A stretch of 20,490 nt of DNA from Candidatus Fraserbacteria bacterium (GCA_037442925.1 JBBIPG010000039.1:1-20490); one strand, 5' to 3'; shown: positions 1 to 8,847, counted from the stretch's first letter. The notes: a model not told the origin generated them from the letters alone. Program-made: numbers and translations.

Positions 1-62
1 GACTGTTCAACGCGGGACTTACAGATTATCATATTATGGTAAGGCAGCGGAGTTGAATTGTC

Positions 63-102
63 AACCCACCGGTTGACTCACGGCCGGTGGGTTCTCCCTT
101 TT
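63..102 (+). terminator. Probable intrinsic terminator hairpin of an upstream transcript
   Basis: AACCCACCGGTTG (63-75) pairs with CGGCCGGTGGGTT (81-93) as a 13-bp stem with 2 G-U pairs and loop ACTCA. It is followed by pyrimidine-rich CTCCCTTTT. Confidence 0.55.
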
Positions 103-163
103 CTTGTCTCTGAAACTCCTGTCAGTTTTCCACCCTCATGCCATATGATAAGTCGCGTTCTGC

Positions 164-192
164 TTGAAACCAGCGTTTCTGTAGGCTACATT
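164..192 (+). promoter_or_regulatory. Sigma70-type promoter of the TPR fusion gene
   Basis: TTGAAA (164-169), 17-nt spacer, TACATT (187-192). Confidence 0.55.
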
Positions 193-221
193 GCCACATG
201 AATTTGGGAGGGAGGCAGCTC

Positions 222-2912
222 ATGCACACGAAGCGAATTCTCTGGAGTGTAGTGGCTATAGCTCTTTTGGCCGTTGTGTCACTCGTCGGCGTAACGCTAT
301 GGCAGCGCAACGCACAGCTTGACTCCTCCACGTATGGTCTTCGTGTGAACGGGGAAGCAGTCTCTCAAGCAGACCTCGATCTGGCGACTCAGAACCTGAT
401 GCAAGCCTATAGAGAGGCCTATGTCCAACAAGGGAGCGGGGATTTCGATCAGCTCCTTGCTGGCTCAGTCGGGGGGTACTACCAGCTTCAGATCCGCTAC
501 CAAGCCGCTCAACAACTGATCGAACGCGCACTCGTTCGCCAGGAAGCCCGACGCCGCGGCATCAGCCTGCGCCGCGATGAGATCGAACAAGCCTTCCAGG
601 AACGCTACCAACGTTTTCTGCAAAGCAGCAATGTAACAGAAGCTGAACTGCGAGAACTCTTTGCGGACCCCGCCAAGAAACGTTTAACCCAGCAGCTCCT
701 CAGCATCCGCGATGAGAGCGTCGATGCCCTCAAAGAGCGAATACGGCAAGAGGCAGAACAGAATCTGCTGCGGACACGTCTGGCCGAAGCCGTGCTGGGA
801 CCGCAATTGTCCCTTGCCTCCGACGCAGGCAAGGAGCGTTGGAGCACATGGCTTGATGAGCTTACGATGCAGAGTAAGATCGCCTTTAGCGATCCTTTAC
901 TGAACGCGTATCACTTGGAGCAGCTCGTGGATCGCGGAAAGACGACAGAAGAACGCCTGCGCTACTTGGACGAGGCCATTGCGGCCTATCAAGAGATCAA
1001 AGCCAAACAGCTCTCTTCCGATCCCAATCTCGATTACTACCTCGCGCAACTCTATAATCTTAGAGTCAACTGGAGCTTGCAGCTCGAGCAAGAGCTAAAA
1101 GCTCAAGCGCAAAAGGACCAGCAAGCGCAAGAGAAACTAGATCGTGTGCAGAAACAGATCGAAAGCAACCGCCAGAAGGCCACGCAATTCTTCTTCAACT
1201 CCGGCGTGAACGATGAGCGCCAGTTCCAGACCCTCCTCATGGCCGATCCCAATAATCCCTTCTATTACTATCTCTATGCGCGCTTCCTGCTGGCAGACAG
1301 GAAGGACGTGACTCGCGCACTGCGGTGGCTCAAGAAGGCCCTAGAGCTGGACCCCAGATACGTGGATGCCTATGTTTTGCTGGGCGACCTGAACGTCTTC
1401 CGCGAGCATTTCGTGGAGGCCATTGATGCTTATTCTACGGCTCTACCGCTGGCCAAGGATTGGGAGGCCAGCGGCCAGCCGTTCAGGACAGCAGACAGTC
1501 GACCCGCTTCCGTCCAACGCAAGCTGGCGGAGGCGTATCTGGGTCTCGCTCGACAGTTAGAGCAGTTCCCGCAAGTGGGTTCAGAGGAGCAGAAGGCTTC
1601 TGCCATCTCGCAAGCGGATGAATGGCTCCAGGATCTACTCCGATCTCTGAAAGAGACCGATCCATCCTATGGCACTGTTCTGGCAGATCTTGGCGATGTG
1701 GAATTCCTCAAGGGCAACTACGCCCAAGCCCAAGAGCGCTATCAGCAATCGCTCTCGTATGCCCAGGACAAGTCCGTGCAAGCGAAACTGGGGCAAGCGT
1801 ATCTTCGGAATCAACAACTGCCGGAAGCCCAACAAGCGTTTCAAACGGTGCTTCAGCAAGATCCCACGTGGGCACCAGCCCATCTCGGTCTGGCACAGAC
1901 CTACCTTGCCCAAGGCAGACAGAGCGATGCTCTACAAGAATACAAACTGGCTTTTCAACAAAGCGCGATGCTCAGCTATGCCGAGAGACGGCAAATTGCT
2001 CTCGAAGCGATCCAACTTGCCCCAGACGATGCCGAGATCCACTTGATGCTCGCCGATTTCTATCTGGAACAAGGCGTCTACCAGGGAGCCAAAGACGAAT
2101 ACCAGATCGTTCTTCGCTTCCAGCCCAATTCTGTCGCGGCACTCAAGGGGTTTGGCAAAGCCTCACAAATCCGGCTCGAATACGAACAGGCGTTGAGATC
2201 TTTCCAGAATGCGCTGAAGCAGAACCCCTCTCCCCAAGAGCAGGTGGAGCTATATAAGCTGATTCTTGAGGTGGCGCGGGCAGTGGCCGGCCCCGGCAAG
2301 CCCGTGGGAGAAGAAGGACAGAATGCGCTCTACCAACTTGCCGCGCTCTATCTCAACGCAGGGGAACTTGACAAGGGGCGAAATACTCTGCAAGAGCTAC
2401 GTGAGAAATACCCCACGTATCGTAGAGACGACGTGGCAAGCTTGGTGCGGCAACTCACCCGCCTTGTCGGCGACACCCTTCCAGGACAGCCCGTGGCCGA
2501 TCAAGGACACAGAATCATCGCCCCCGGCGAAGGACATCCCCCCTACAATTCCACTCCTCCAACCTCCGGCTGGCACTATGCCATCCCGGCGCGTTGGGGA
2601 ATCCACGAGAGCGCCATTCCCGATGAGGTCCAGTTGCGCAACTTGGCCGGCGGGGGCGTGCTCATTCAGTACAAGCCAGATCTCGCCTCAGAAGAACTCC
2701 AACAACTGCGCACCTTCGTCGCCGAACTGCGCAAGGACGAGAAGTACTGCAAGGTCATTCTTGCACCCTACGAGCGGCTGGACTACGCAATCACCCTCAC
2801 AGCTTGGAATCGCATAGAGAAGCTGCGCGCCTTTGATGCAGAGGAGTTGCGCATCTTCATCGATGCTTTCATCGGCAAGGGACCTGAAGTCGGTGAAGTG
2901 ACCTGCTCATAA
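222..2912 (+). CDS. Membrane-anchored protein: SurA N-terminal-like domain, many TPR repeats, C-terminal DUF3105-like domain
   Basis: ATG 222 follows GGAGG (211-215); an in-frame ATG at 198 is the alternative. An N-terminal hydrophobic helix is followed by SurA_N-like VNGEAVS...QLIERALVRQEARRRGI. TPR motifs include ALELDPRYVDAYVLLGDL, LGDVEFLKGNYAQAQERYQQSL and DPTWAPAHLGLAQTY. The C-terminus has YNSTPPTSGWH...LTAW, typical of DUF3105. Confidence 0.85.
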   Translation: MHTKRILWSVVAIALLAVVSLVGVTLWQRNAQLDSSTYGLRVNGEAVSQADLDLATQNLMQAYREAYVQQGSGDFDQLLAGSVGGYYQLQIRYQAAQQLIERALVRQEARRRGISLRRDEIEQAFQERYQRFLQSSNVTEAELRELFADPAKKRLTQQLLSIRDESVDALKERIRQEAEQNLLRTRLAEAVLGPQLSLASDAGKERWSTWLDELTMQSKIAFSDPLLNAYHLEQLVDRGKTTEERLRYLDEAIAAYQEIKAKQLSSDPNLDYYLAQLYNLRVNWSLQLEQELKAQAQKDQQAQEKLDRVQKQIESNRQKATQFFFNSGVNDERQFQTLLMADPNNPFYYYLYARFLLADRKDVTRALRWLKKALELDPRYVDAYVLLGDLNVFREHFVEAIDAYSTALPLAKDWEASGQPFRTADSRPASVQRKLAEAYLGLARQLEQFPQVGSEEQKASAISQADEWLQDLLRSLKETDPSYGTVLADLGDVEFLKGNYAQAQERYQQSLSYAQDKSVQAKLGQAYLRNQQLPEAQQAFQTVLQQDPTWAPAHLGLAQTYLAQGRQSDALQEYKLAFQQSAMLSYAERRQIALEAIQLAPDDAEIHLMLADFYLEQGVYQGAKDEYQIVLRFQPNSVAALKGFGKASQIRLEYEQALRSFQNALKQNPSPQEQVELYKLILEVARAVAGPGKPVGEEGQNALYQLAALYLNAGELDKGRNTLQELREKYPTYRRDDVASLVRQLTRLVGDTLPGQPVADQGHRIIAPGEGHPPYNSTPPTSGWHYAIPARWGIHESAIPDEVQLRNLAGGGVLIQYKPDLASEELQQLRTFVAELRKDEKYCKVILAPYERLDYAITLTAWNRIEKLRAFDAEELRIFIDAFIGKGPEVGEVTCS

Positions 2913-2920
2913 TCCGTGAA

Positions 2921-3676
2921 TCAATTCTGTCTTCTTCCGATGATGATATCGGGATCTCCGTCGTGGTCTACATCTATATAATCCTCTTTCCCAGGCTCGA
3001 TCAAAATCTCGTCGTCACCGTCGCTGTCCAGATCGAGCATGGCCACGATGGCCCCGGTGGAACGCCGGGTTTCGCTGAGCACCCCTACCCATAAGACCTC
3101 AAGTGGATCGGTATCTTCGCGGTCAAAACCAAACCTTCCAGCAAAGTAATCACCACGAGCACGCGCCTTGTCTTGAACCACAATCTCCCAATCGCCATCC
3201 CCTTCGATGTCCGCAAAACCAGCGATCAATCCAAGCTCTTCCGGATCGACATTGCCATCGTTATCGAGATCTAGGCCCTGAACCCCAATCCAGATCGCTT
3301 CGACGTCGTCATCTCCATCTGCGTCCGCGCTTCTGACGCGCGCGGAACGAAGCGTGGGGTCTGAGATGACGAGCTCCATCTCCGGCCGACCGTCAAACTC
3401 CGCCCAACCGAAGAGGCTCCCGCCACCCCTGGTCCCGACTGTAAGCTTATCAAAATCGCCCTTTCCCTCTATGCCCGTCACCGTGGTCTCCCCGGGATTC
3501 AACGCAGGATCTTGGCAATAGGTCTCGATATCGGCCTCATCTAAGTCATTATCCAGCTGGGTCTCGTTGCACTCTACATCATCAAGTGCCGTGCCAATTC
3601 CCGCCAGCGCATATCCGATTGCAGCAGCTACCATTAGAGCTACCACCACTTCTTTCCCTCTGAAGCGCCACAACAC
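2921..3676 (-). CDS. Secreted acidic protein with DxDxDG (calcium-blade/VCBS-like) repeats
   Basis: GTG start with AGGAGGT SD (3687-3693) and an N-terminal signal peptide. Repeats: DADGDDDVE, DLDNDGNVD, DIEGDGDWE, DLDSDGDDE, DVDHDGDPD. Confidence 0.75.
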   Translation of the reverse strand: MLWRFRGKEVVVALMVAAAIGYALAGIGTALDDVECNETQLDNDLDEADIETYCQDPALNPGETTVTGIEGKGDFDKLTVGTRGGGSLFGWAEFDGRPEMELVISDPTLRSARVRSADADGDDDVEAIWIGVQGLDLDNDGNVDPEELGLIAGFADIEGDGDWEIVVQDKARARGDYFAGRFGFDREDTDPLEVLWVGVLSETRRSTGAIVAMLDLDSDGDDEILIEPGKEDYIDVDHDGDPDIIIGRRQN

Positions 3677-3732
3677 GTCTTACCCTACCTCCTGTAGTTG
3701 ATGTGCAAATCTGTGAGCGAGATCGCTGCCCG

Positions 3733-4890
3733 TTACCCGCCGCCTCCTCGGGACGCATATGGGTCAGCGGCATCTCGGAGTGCATCTCCCATGAAGTTAA
3801 AAGCCAATACCGAGATGATGATAAAAAATCCAGGGATGAGCAGCCACCAGTGTTTCGACAACGAGGAGATGTTGTTCGCCGCGTTCAGCAGCAGCCCCCA
3901 GCTGGTGGCCGGCTCATGGACACCCAGACCCAGAAAGCTGAGTCCGGCTTCGGCCAGGATGAGACCTGGGATCGTCAGCGTGGAAGCCACGATCAAGTAG
4001 CTCATCGTGTTGGGCAGAAGATGCCGGAAGATGATTCGACCATTGCTCGCCCCCATGGCGCGGGCCGCGAGGGCATACTCCTGCTCGCGAAAAGCAAGAA
4101 TCTGGCCTCGCAATACGCGGGCGATCCCGGTCCAGCTGGTAACGGCTAAGATGAGGATGATCCCCACGAAGCGCTGCTCCTCGGAGATATCCCGAGGTAA
4201 GATCGTGGCCAAAACGAGCAGAAGCGGAAGAGCCGGATAGGACTGGAGCACCTCAATGAGCCTCTGGATCGCCATGTCGACCCAGCCGCCATAGTAACCC
4301 GAGAGGCCACCGAAGAGGATGGCCAAGACGAGAATGATGATGAGAGACAGCGGTCCGATGGCGAGCGAAACCCGGCCTCCCAGCAAGGTGCGACTGAAGA
4401 GATCCCGGCCGAAGAGATCCGCCCCAAAGAGGAAGACTTGCCCCGGAGAGTCCGGTGGCTCACCTGTCCCGAACAGGTGGATATCCGTGGAGATTAGGCC
4501 AAGCAACTTGTAAGGATCTCCCCGCACGAAGAAGCGGATGGGGTAGAGGCGGCTGGTGTCTTCCCGAAAGGACGGCTCTCCCGTCTCGGGATCGAAGCTG
4601 CGCACGGTGGCGTAGACGAAGGGACCCATGAATCTCCCTTCGTGGAAGAAGTAGATCCGGGTCGGGGGAGCGTATCCCAACTGTTGGTGGAACTGATCTC
4701 CGGCGTAGGGGCCGATGAAGTCCGCAAAGACCGTCAGCACGGTCAAGAGGAGGATGATGACGCTTCCTAAGACGCCCAACCGATGGCGCTTAAACCGCCG
4801 CCAGATCAGCTGCCCCGGGGTCAGTAGCGGCTGCTCGCTGATCTCCGGCTCGACTCGGGTCTTCTTCCTCTTCAGTTCAGCTACAGCCAT
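3733..4890 (-). CDS. oppC: Peptide/oligosaccharide ABC transporter permease (OppC/DppC family)
   Basis: OppC_N motif WRRFKRHRLG, FGADLFGRDLFSR, EAA-like EYALAARAMGAS, and C-terminal AFNFMGDALRDAADP. Confidence 0.92.
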   Translation of the reverse strand: MAVAELKRKKTRVEPEISEQPLLTPGQLIWRRFKRHRLGVLGSVIILLLTVLTVFADFIGPYAGDQFHQQLGYAPPTRIYFFHEGRFMGPFVYATVRSFDPETGEPSFREDTSRLYPIRFFVRGDPYKLLGLISTDIHLFGTGEPPDSPGQVFLFGADLFGRDLFSRTLLGGRVSLAIGPLSLIIILVLAILFGGLSGYYGGWVDMAIQRLIEVLQSYPALPLLLVLATILPRDISEEQRFVGIILILAVTSWTGIARVLRGQILAFREQEYALAARAMGASNGRIIFRHLLPNTMSYLIVASTLTIPGLILAEAGLSFLGLGVHEPATSWGLLLNAANNISSLSKHWWLLIPGFFIIISVLAFNFMGDALRDAADPYASRGGGG

Positions 4891-4896
4891 AGGCTC

Positions 4897-5934
4897 TCAC
4901 TCATAGCGCACGCGCGGGTCCACCCAGGCCAAGAGGATATCCGCAATGAGATTTCCGATCAGCAAGAAGAGCGCGAAGAAGAGAAGCACGGTCACGACGA
5001 CGTACTCATCCGGAGGCTGAAGCGACTGGAAATAGAAGATCTCCAGATTGGGCATGTTGAGCACTTGAGCCGCCAACAGCGAGCCGCTCACGAAGGCCGG
5101 CAGGGATTGGCCGAAGATGGAGATCATCGGGTTGATGGCGTTGCGCACGGCGTGCTTGTAGATGACGATCCGTTCTGCCACTCCCTTGGCGCGGGCCGTC
5201 TGGACGTATTGAGAGCCCAAGATGTCGAGCAGTGTCCCGCGCATGACGCGCTGGAGGCCAGCAATTCCCGCCGCTCCGATCACGAGTACCGCCGGCCATA
5301 GATGCGCTAAATAATCGACGAACTTGTTCCAGTTCCAGTGCCACGGCCACGGAGACCCAGCAATGTAGGGCTGTGAAAAGATGCCGCCAACCGCCGGATA
5401 CCCGAGGTTCGTCAACACAAAGAGAAGCACCAAGGCGCTAAAGAAAGTCGGGATCGAGAGGCCGACAAAGCTAAAGAGCGTCAGGCTATGATCCCCTAGC
5501 GAGTACTGGCGGGTGGCAGAGTAGATCCCCAAGGGAAGGGCTACCAGCCAGACGAAGATGAAGGTCGGAATGGTGATGAGCAGCGTGATGGGGAGGTACT
5601 GCATGATCAAGTCGCCGACGGGTTGACGCTTCTCGAAGGAGTAGCCGAAGTCCATCGGCTGAAAATGCACGAAGGGGAAGCTCAAATCCACCGTCGGCTT
5701 GCCCACGATGCCGTAGAGCCACTTGCCATAGCGCACATACCAGGGCTGATCCAGCCCGAGATTCTTGGCGTATCGTTCAATGGTCTCCGGGCTGACCCGC
5801 GGGTTGAGCTTAAGCTGGGAGACGAAGTCGCCATTGAACTGTTCTTGTAGCGCGATGATGGCAAAGCTGACCAGCGAAACCAGAAAGAGCGTGGGAATCA
5901 TCAAGAGCACCCGGCGTATGATGTAACTGAGCAT
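4897..5934 (-). CDS. oppB: Peptide/oligosaccharide ABC transporter permease (OppB/DppB family)
   Basis: MLSYIIRRVL start, GLDQPWYVRYGKWL, YVQTARAKGV, KHAVRNA, and C-terminal DPRVRYE. SD AGGAGG at 5943-5948. Confidence 0.92.
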   Translation of the reverse strand: MLSYIIRRVLLMIPTLFLVSLVSFAIIALQEQFNGDFVSQLKLNPRVSPETIERYAKNLGLDQPWYVRYGKWLYGIVGKPTVDLSFPFVHFQPMDFGYSFEKRQPVGDLIMQYLPITLLITIPTFIFVWLVALPLGIYSATRQYSLGDHSLTLFSFVGLSIPTFFSALVLLFVLTNLGYPAVGGIFSQPYIAGSPWPWHWNWNKFVDYLAHLWPAVLVIGAAGIAGLQRVMRGTLLDILGSQYVQTARAKGVAERIVIYKHAVRNAINPMISIFGQSLPAFVSGSLLAAQVLNMPNLEIFYFQSLQPPDEYVVVTVLLFFALFLLIGNLIADILLAWVDPRVRYE

Positions 5935-5980
5935 CCCACGCCCTCCTTTTCTGGTTCTGGTTCCACGCGCGTCTTACGAG

Positions 5981-8713
5981 TTATCTTGCACTTGTGGAAA
6001 CGCCTAGTCTCCCTTTCCCTTCCAGCTTGGCCCGGCAGTCGTCTGTCCGCTGCCACCACAGCTTGTCGCCGAAGGCCACCCACTGCTGGAGGTTCCCCGA
6101 TTGCGGCCGGAAGTTCTGGCTGTTCACCAGGCACTGATCAACCCCATAGAGGAAGATGACGTTAATAAGGTAGATCACCCCTAGGTTCTCCGACTCCAGC
6201 CGCGTGAACTCGTTGTAGTACTTCTCTTTGGCTTCTTCGACATCGAAGACCTTGGCCCCATCTTCCAGAAGCTGTTCGGCGCGCACCTCCCAGTCGGGCG
6301 GATTGTCCTTGGACGAGTAGCGCCAGAAGTGGAGGAAGCCATTGATGCGCCAGACGTTGATGCCTCCCGTGGGGTCGACCCCGCCTGTGAAACCAATGAC
6401 GACGGCTCCGTAGCGGCTCCCCTGCAAATCGGTGACCAAGGCGTTGAAGTCTTGAGATTGGTATTTGGCTTGTAGGCCCGCTTCCTTGAAGTCGTGCTCG
6501 ATCTGCTGGGACATCTGCTCACGGATGGTGTTGCCCCGGTTGGTCACGAGCGGGAAGCTGATATCGCGCTGATCTTCTGGGCCAAACTTCTGAGCGCAAT
6601 CGGCGTTGTCGCGGCACGCTTGCTGCGAGACTAAGAATTTATCGGTGATGTTGCGTGTGCCGTCGCCATCTACATCGGTCAGGCCCAGATCATCGAGCAT
6701 CTGCTTGGCTTTGGGCAGATCATAGGGGTATTTCTTGGCAGATTCGGCGTCATAGAACGGCGAGGGAATCGAGATCCACGCCCACTGGGGAGCAGCCAAG
6801 CCTTGATAGATGTTCTCAATCATGGCTTGCTTGTTCATCGCGTAGGCCAGTGCCTGACGGAATTCCTTGGCTCTCATTACGTACTGGAGCGCCTGGTGGA
6901 AAGGATCTCCGGGCTTGAGCTTAGAGATGTCTTGATTGAGCACCAGGAACGTGTTCCCGTACACCGGGCCGTCCTTGATAGTCTGCCAGCCTTTGTCTTT
7001 GGCGCTCCCTACGATCTCCGCCCAGTCCTGTGGCCGCGAGCCATACATGTCCGATTGTCCGCTCTTGAAGTAGAGGAACTGGGTGTCGATGTTCTGGACG
7101 ATCAAGACGGCCAGCTCATCGAAGTAGGGCAGTTGCACGCCGTCCGCATCCACGCGCCAGTAGTAGGGGTTGCGCTTCAGCAGCACTTGCTGTCCTGTCT
7201 GGTATCCCTCCAAGACGTAGGGACCTAAGCCGGCAAACTCTTCCGGTGGGGTATTCGTGTTCCAGGTGTTGTTGAAGGTGTCGGGTGAGACACCGGCGAA
7301 TTGCCCCGCTTGAGCCGCCTGCATGGCCCGATCGGCATACGACTTGGACTTTTCTAGGGCATCGCGCAGGTCGCCGGGCGCGAGCGCCTGGATAAGCTGG
7401 TCGAGGTCCTGTTTCACGGCCTCTGCCGCTGTCGTGACTTGTTCCGCGTTCTTGGCATCGATGGCCGCCGAAAGTTGCTTGAGAGCCTCATCGAGAGCCG
7501 CCAGGGCCTGTTCGCTGGCCTTCTTTAGATCCTCGCGGTTGTTGTTCACAGTGCTTTGGATGCCTTGCAGAGCGCCTCCGGCACCCGGATTGAGCTTGGC
7601 GACGTATTTGGCCAGCTTGTGTTTCGGCAATATGGTAAGGCTCAGACAGTCGCGCAAGAGCGGGCGGTAGGCTTCTGTAACCGTAGCCTGAACGGTGTAA
7701 TCATCGATCTTGTCGACCTGGACGAACTGGTCTCCAATAATGCAGCCATCCCGGTTGTTGGTGTTGACGTCATCGTTCCCCGTGACATCCATGAAACTGA
7801 AGACGACGTCGTCTGCTGTGAAGGGTTGGCCGTCAGACCACTTGATGCCCTGGCGTAAGTAGAACGTGATGCTCTTGCCATCAGGAGAGACCACCCAGCT
7901 CTTGGCCAGGCCGGGCATCAGTTCCGCCGTCATGGGGTTGACGTCCACAAGACCGGCCGTGCTCTGCATCAAGAGGATGATATCCGTCGAGCTGGTCTCG
8001 GCTGCGGTGGCTGGATTCAGGGTCTTCGGGCCCGAGCCGAAGACGGTCACAACGAGCTTCCCTCCTGGGATGCCGGTGTCTGCAATACCGTGGTCCGCTG
8101 TGATGACCTGGGCATCCGGAGGAATACTGCCGCCGGGGCGAAGCGGCGAGACAGCTGGCTCAACCACGGAGAGTGTCCCCTTCCATCCCAGGATCTCCAC
8201 GGTATGCTTGCCTTCCGTATCCAGCTTCGCAATCTCGAAACGAAACATCTTCTCTTCCTGAGCGGCGAGTGCCACGGTCTGTGAGCTCACGGCCTTGCCA
8301 TCCAGTTTCAGCTCTACGGCCAATCCGGAAAGCGCACTGGTACTCTTGAGATAGACGTTGTAAGCAGCCGATCCGCCCACCAGCACATAGCCGTTCTCCG
8401 GGAAGCTTTCGACTTTGACGACTTGGGGTGCGCCGGTCGGAGTAGTGGGTGTAGGCGTGGGCGCGCCGGGTTCTTTTGTCTTCTCTTCTTGAGGGATCTT
8501 CTCTTCTGATGTCAGCGCCCTCTCTTCCGGCTTTGTCGCAGGAGCCTCCTCTTTCTTTGCCGTCTCTGGCGCCTTGGGTTGTTCTTGAGTTGGCGGTTGC
8601 GGTACTTGAGATGTCTGCTTCTGTCCCCCACAGCCGGAGAGCACCACCATCATGCCCGCAAGGGTCAATAAGAATAGCACGAGTTTCATCTCCCAACCAC
8701 GCCACTTCGTCAT
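5981..8713 (-). CDS. oppA: ABC substrate-binding lipoprotein, family 5 (OppA/DppA-like), with extra N-terminal Ig-like domain and helical insertion
   Basis: Lipobox LSGC (Cys28). SBP_bac_5 motifs: GPKTLNP, LAKSWVVSPDGKSITFYLRQGIKWSDGQPFTADDVVFS, GLGPYVL, NPYYW. SD GGAGGAGGA at 8721-8729. Confidence 0.9.
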   Translation of the reverse strand: MTKWRGWEMKLVLFLLTLAGMMVVLSGCGGQKQTSQVPQPPTQEQPKAPETAKKEEAPATKPEERALTSEEKIPQEEKTKEPGAPTPTPTTPTGAPQVVKVESFPENGYVLVGGSAAYNVYLKSTSALSGLAVELKLDGKAVSSQTVALAAQEEKMFRFEIAKLDTEGKHTVEILGWKGTLSVVEPAVSPLRPGGSIPPDAQVITADHGIADTGIPGGKLVVTVFGSGPKTLNPATAAETSSTDIILLMQSTAGLVDVNPMTAELMPGLAKSWVVSPDGKSITFYLRQGIKWSDGQPFTADDVVFSFMDVTGNDDVNTNNRDGCIIGDQFVQVDKIDDYTVQATVTEAYRPLLRDCLSLTILPKHKLAKYVAKLNPGAGGALQGIQSTVNNNREDLKKASEQALAALDEALKQLSAAIDAKNAEQVTTAAEAVKQDLDQLIQALAPGDLRDALEKSKSYADRAMQAAQAGQFAGVSPDTFNNTWNTNTPPEEFAGLGPYVLEGYQTGQQVLLKRNPYYWRVDADGVQLPYFDELAVLIVQNIDTQFLYFKSGQSDMYGSRPQDWAEIVGSAKDKGWQTIKDGPVYGNTFLVLNQDISKLKPGDPFHQALQYVMRAKEFRQALAYAMNKQAMIENIYQGLAAPQWAWISIPSPFYDAESAKKYPYDLPKAKQMLDDLGLTDVDGDGTRNITDKFLVSQQACRDNADCAQKFGPEDQRDISFPLVTNRGNTIREQMSQQIEHDFKEAGLQAKYQSQDFNALVTDLQGSRYGAVVIGFTGGVDPTGGINVWRINGFLHFWRYSSKDNPPDWEVRAEQLLEDGAKVFDVEEAKEKYYNEFTRLESENLGVIYLINVIFLYGVDQCLVNSQNFRPQSGNLQQWVAFGDKLWWQRTDDCRAKLEGKGRLGVSTSAR

Positions 8714-8748
8714 TCCAAGATCCTCCTCCAGCGGATTTCCGCTGGTCT

Positions 8749-8777
8749 TTTATATCACGACCCCCCTATCTTGACAA
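8749..8777 (-). promoter_or_regulatory. Sigma70-type promoter of the ABC operon
   Basis: Minus strand TTGTCA (8777-8772), 17-nt spacer, TATAAA (8754-8749), with an extended -10 TG. Confidence 0.65.
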
Positions 8778-8847
8778 CTCCCTCGCGATACGCCACGGCA
8801 ACCCCCCTGGGGGCAGCGTGGGAAAGTCCATGGAGTCTAGGGAGCCT

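Noticed and set aside
1622..2817. 211-aa and 183-aa alternate-frame ORFs
   Set aside because: They lie inside the TPR gene and have the Arg/Ser/Pro-rich composition typical of off-frame reads in GC-rich DNA.
8793..8821. GC-rich hairpin after rpmB as an intrinsic terminator
   Set aside because: The stem is imperfect and has no U-tract on the minus strand, which is not enough to call.
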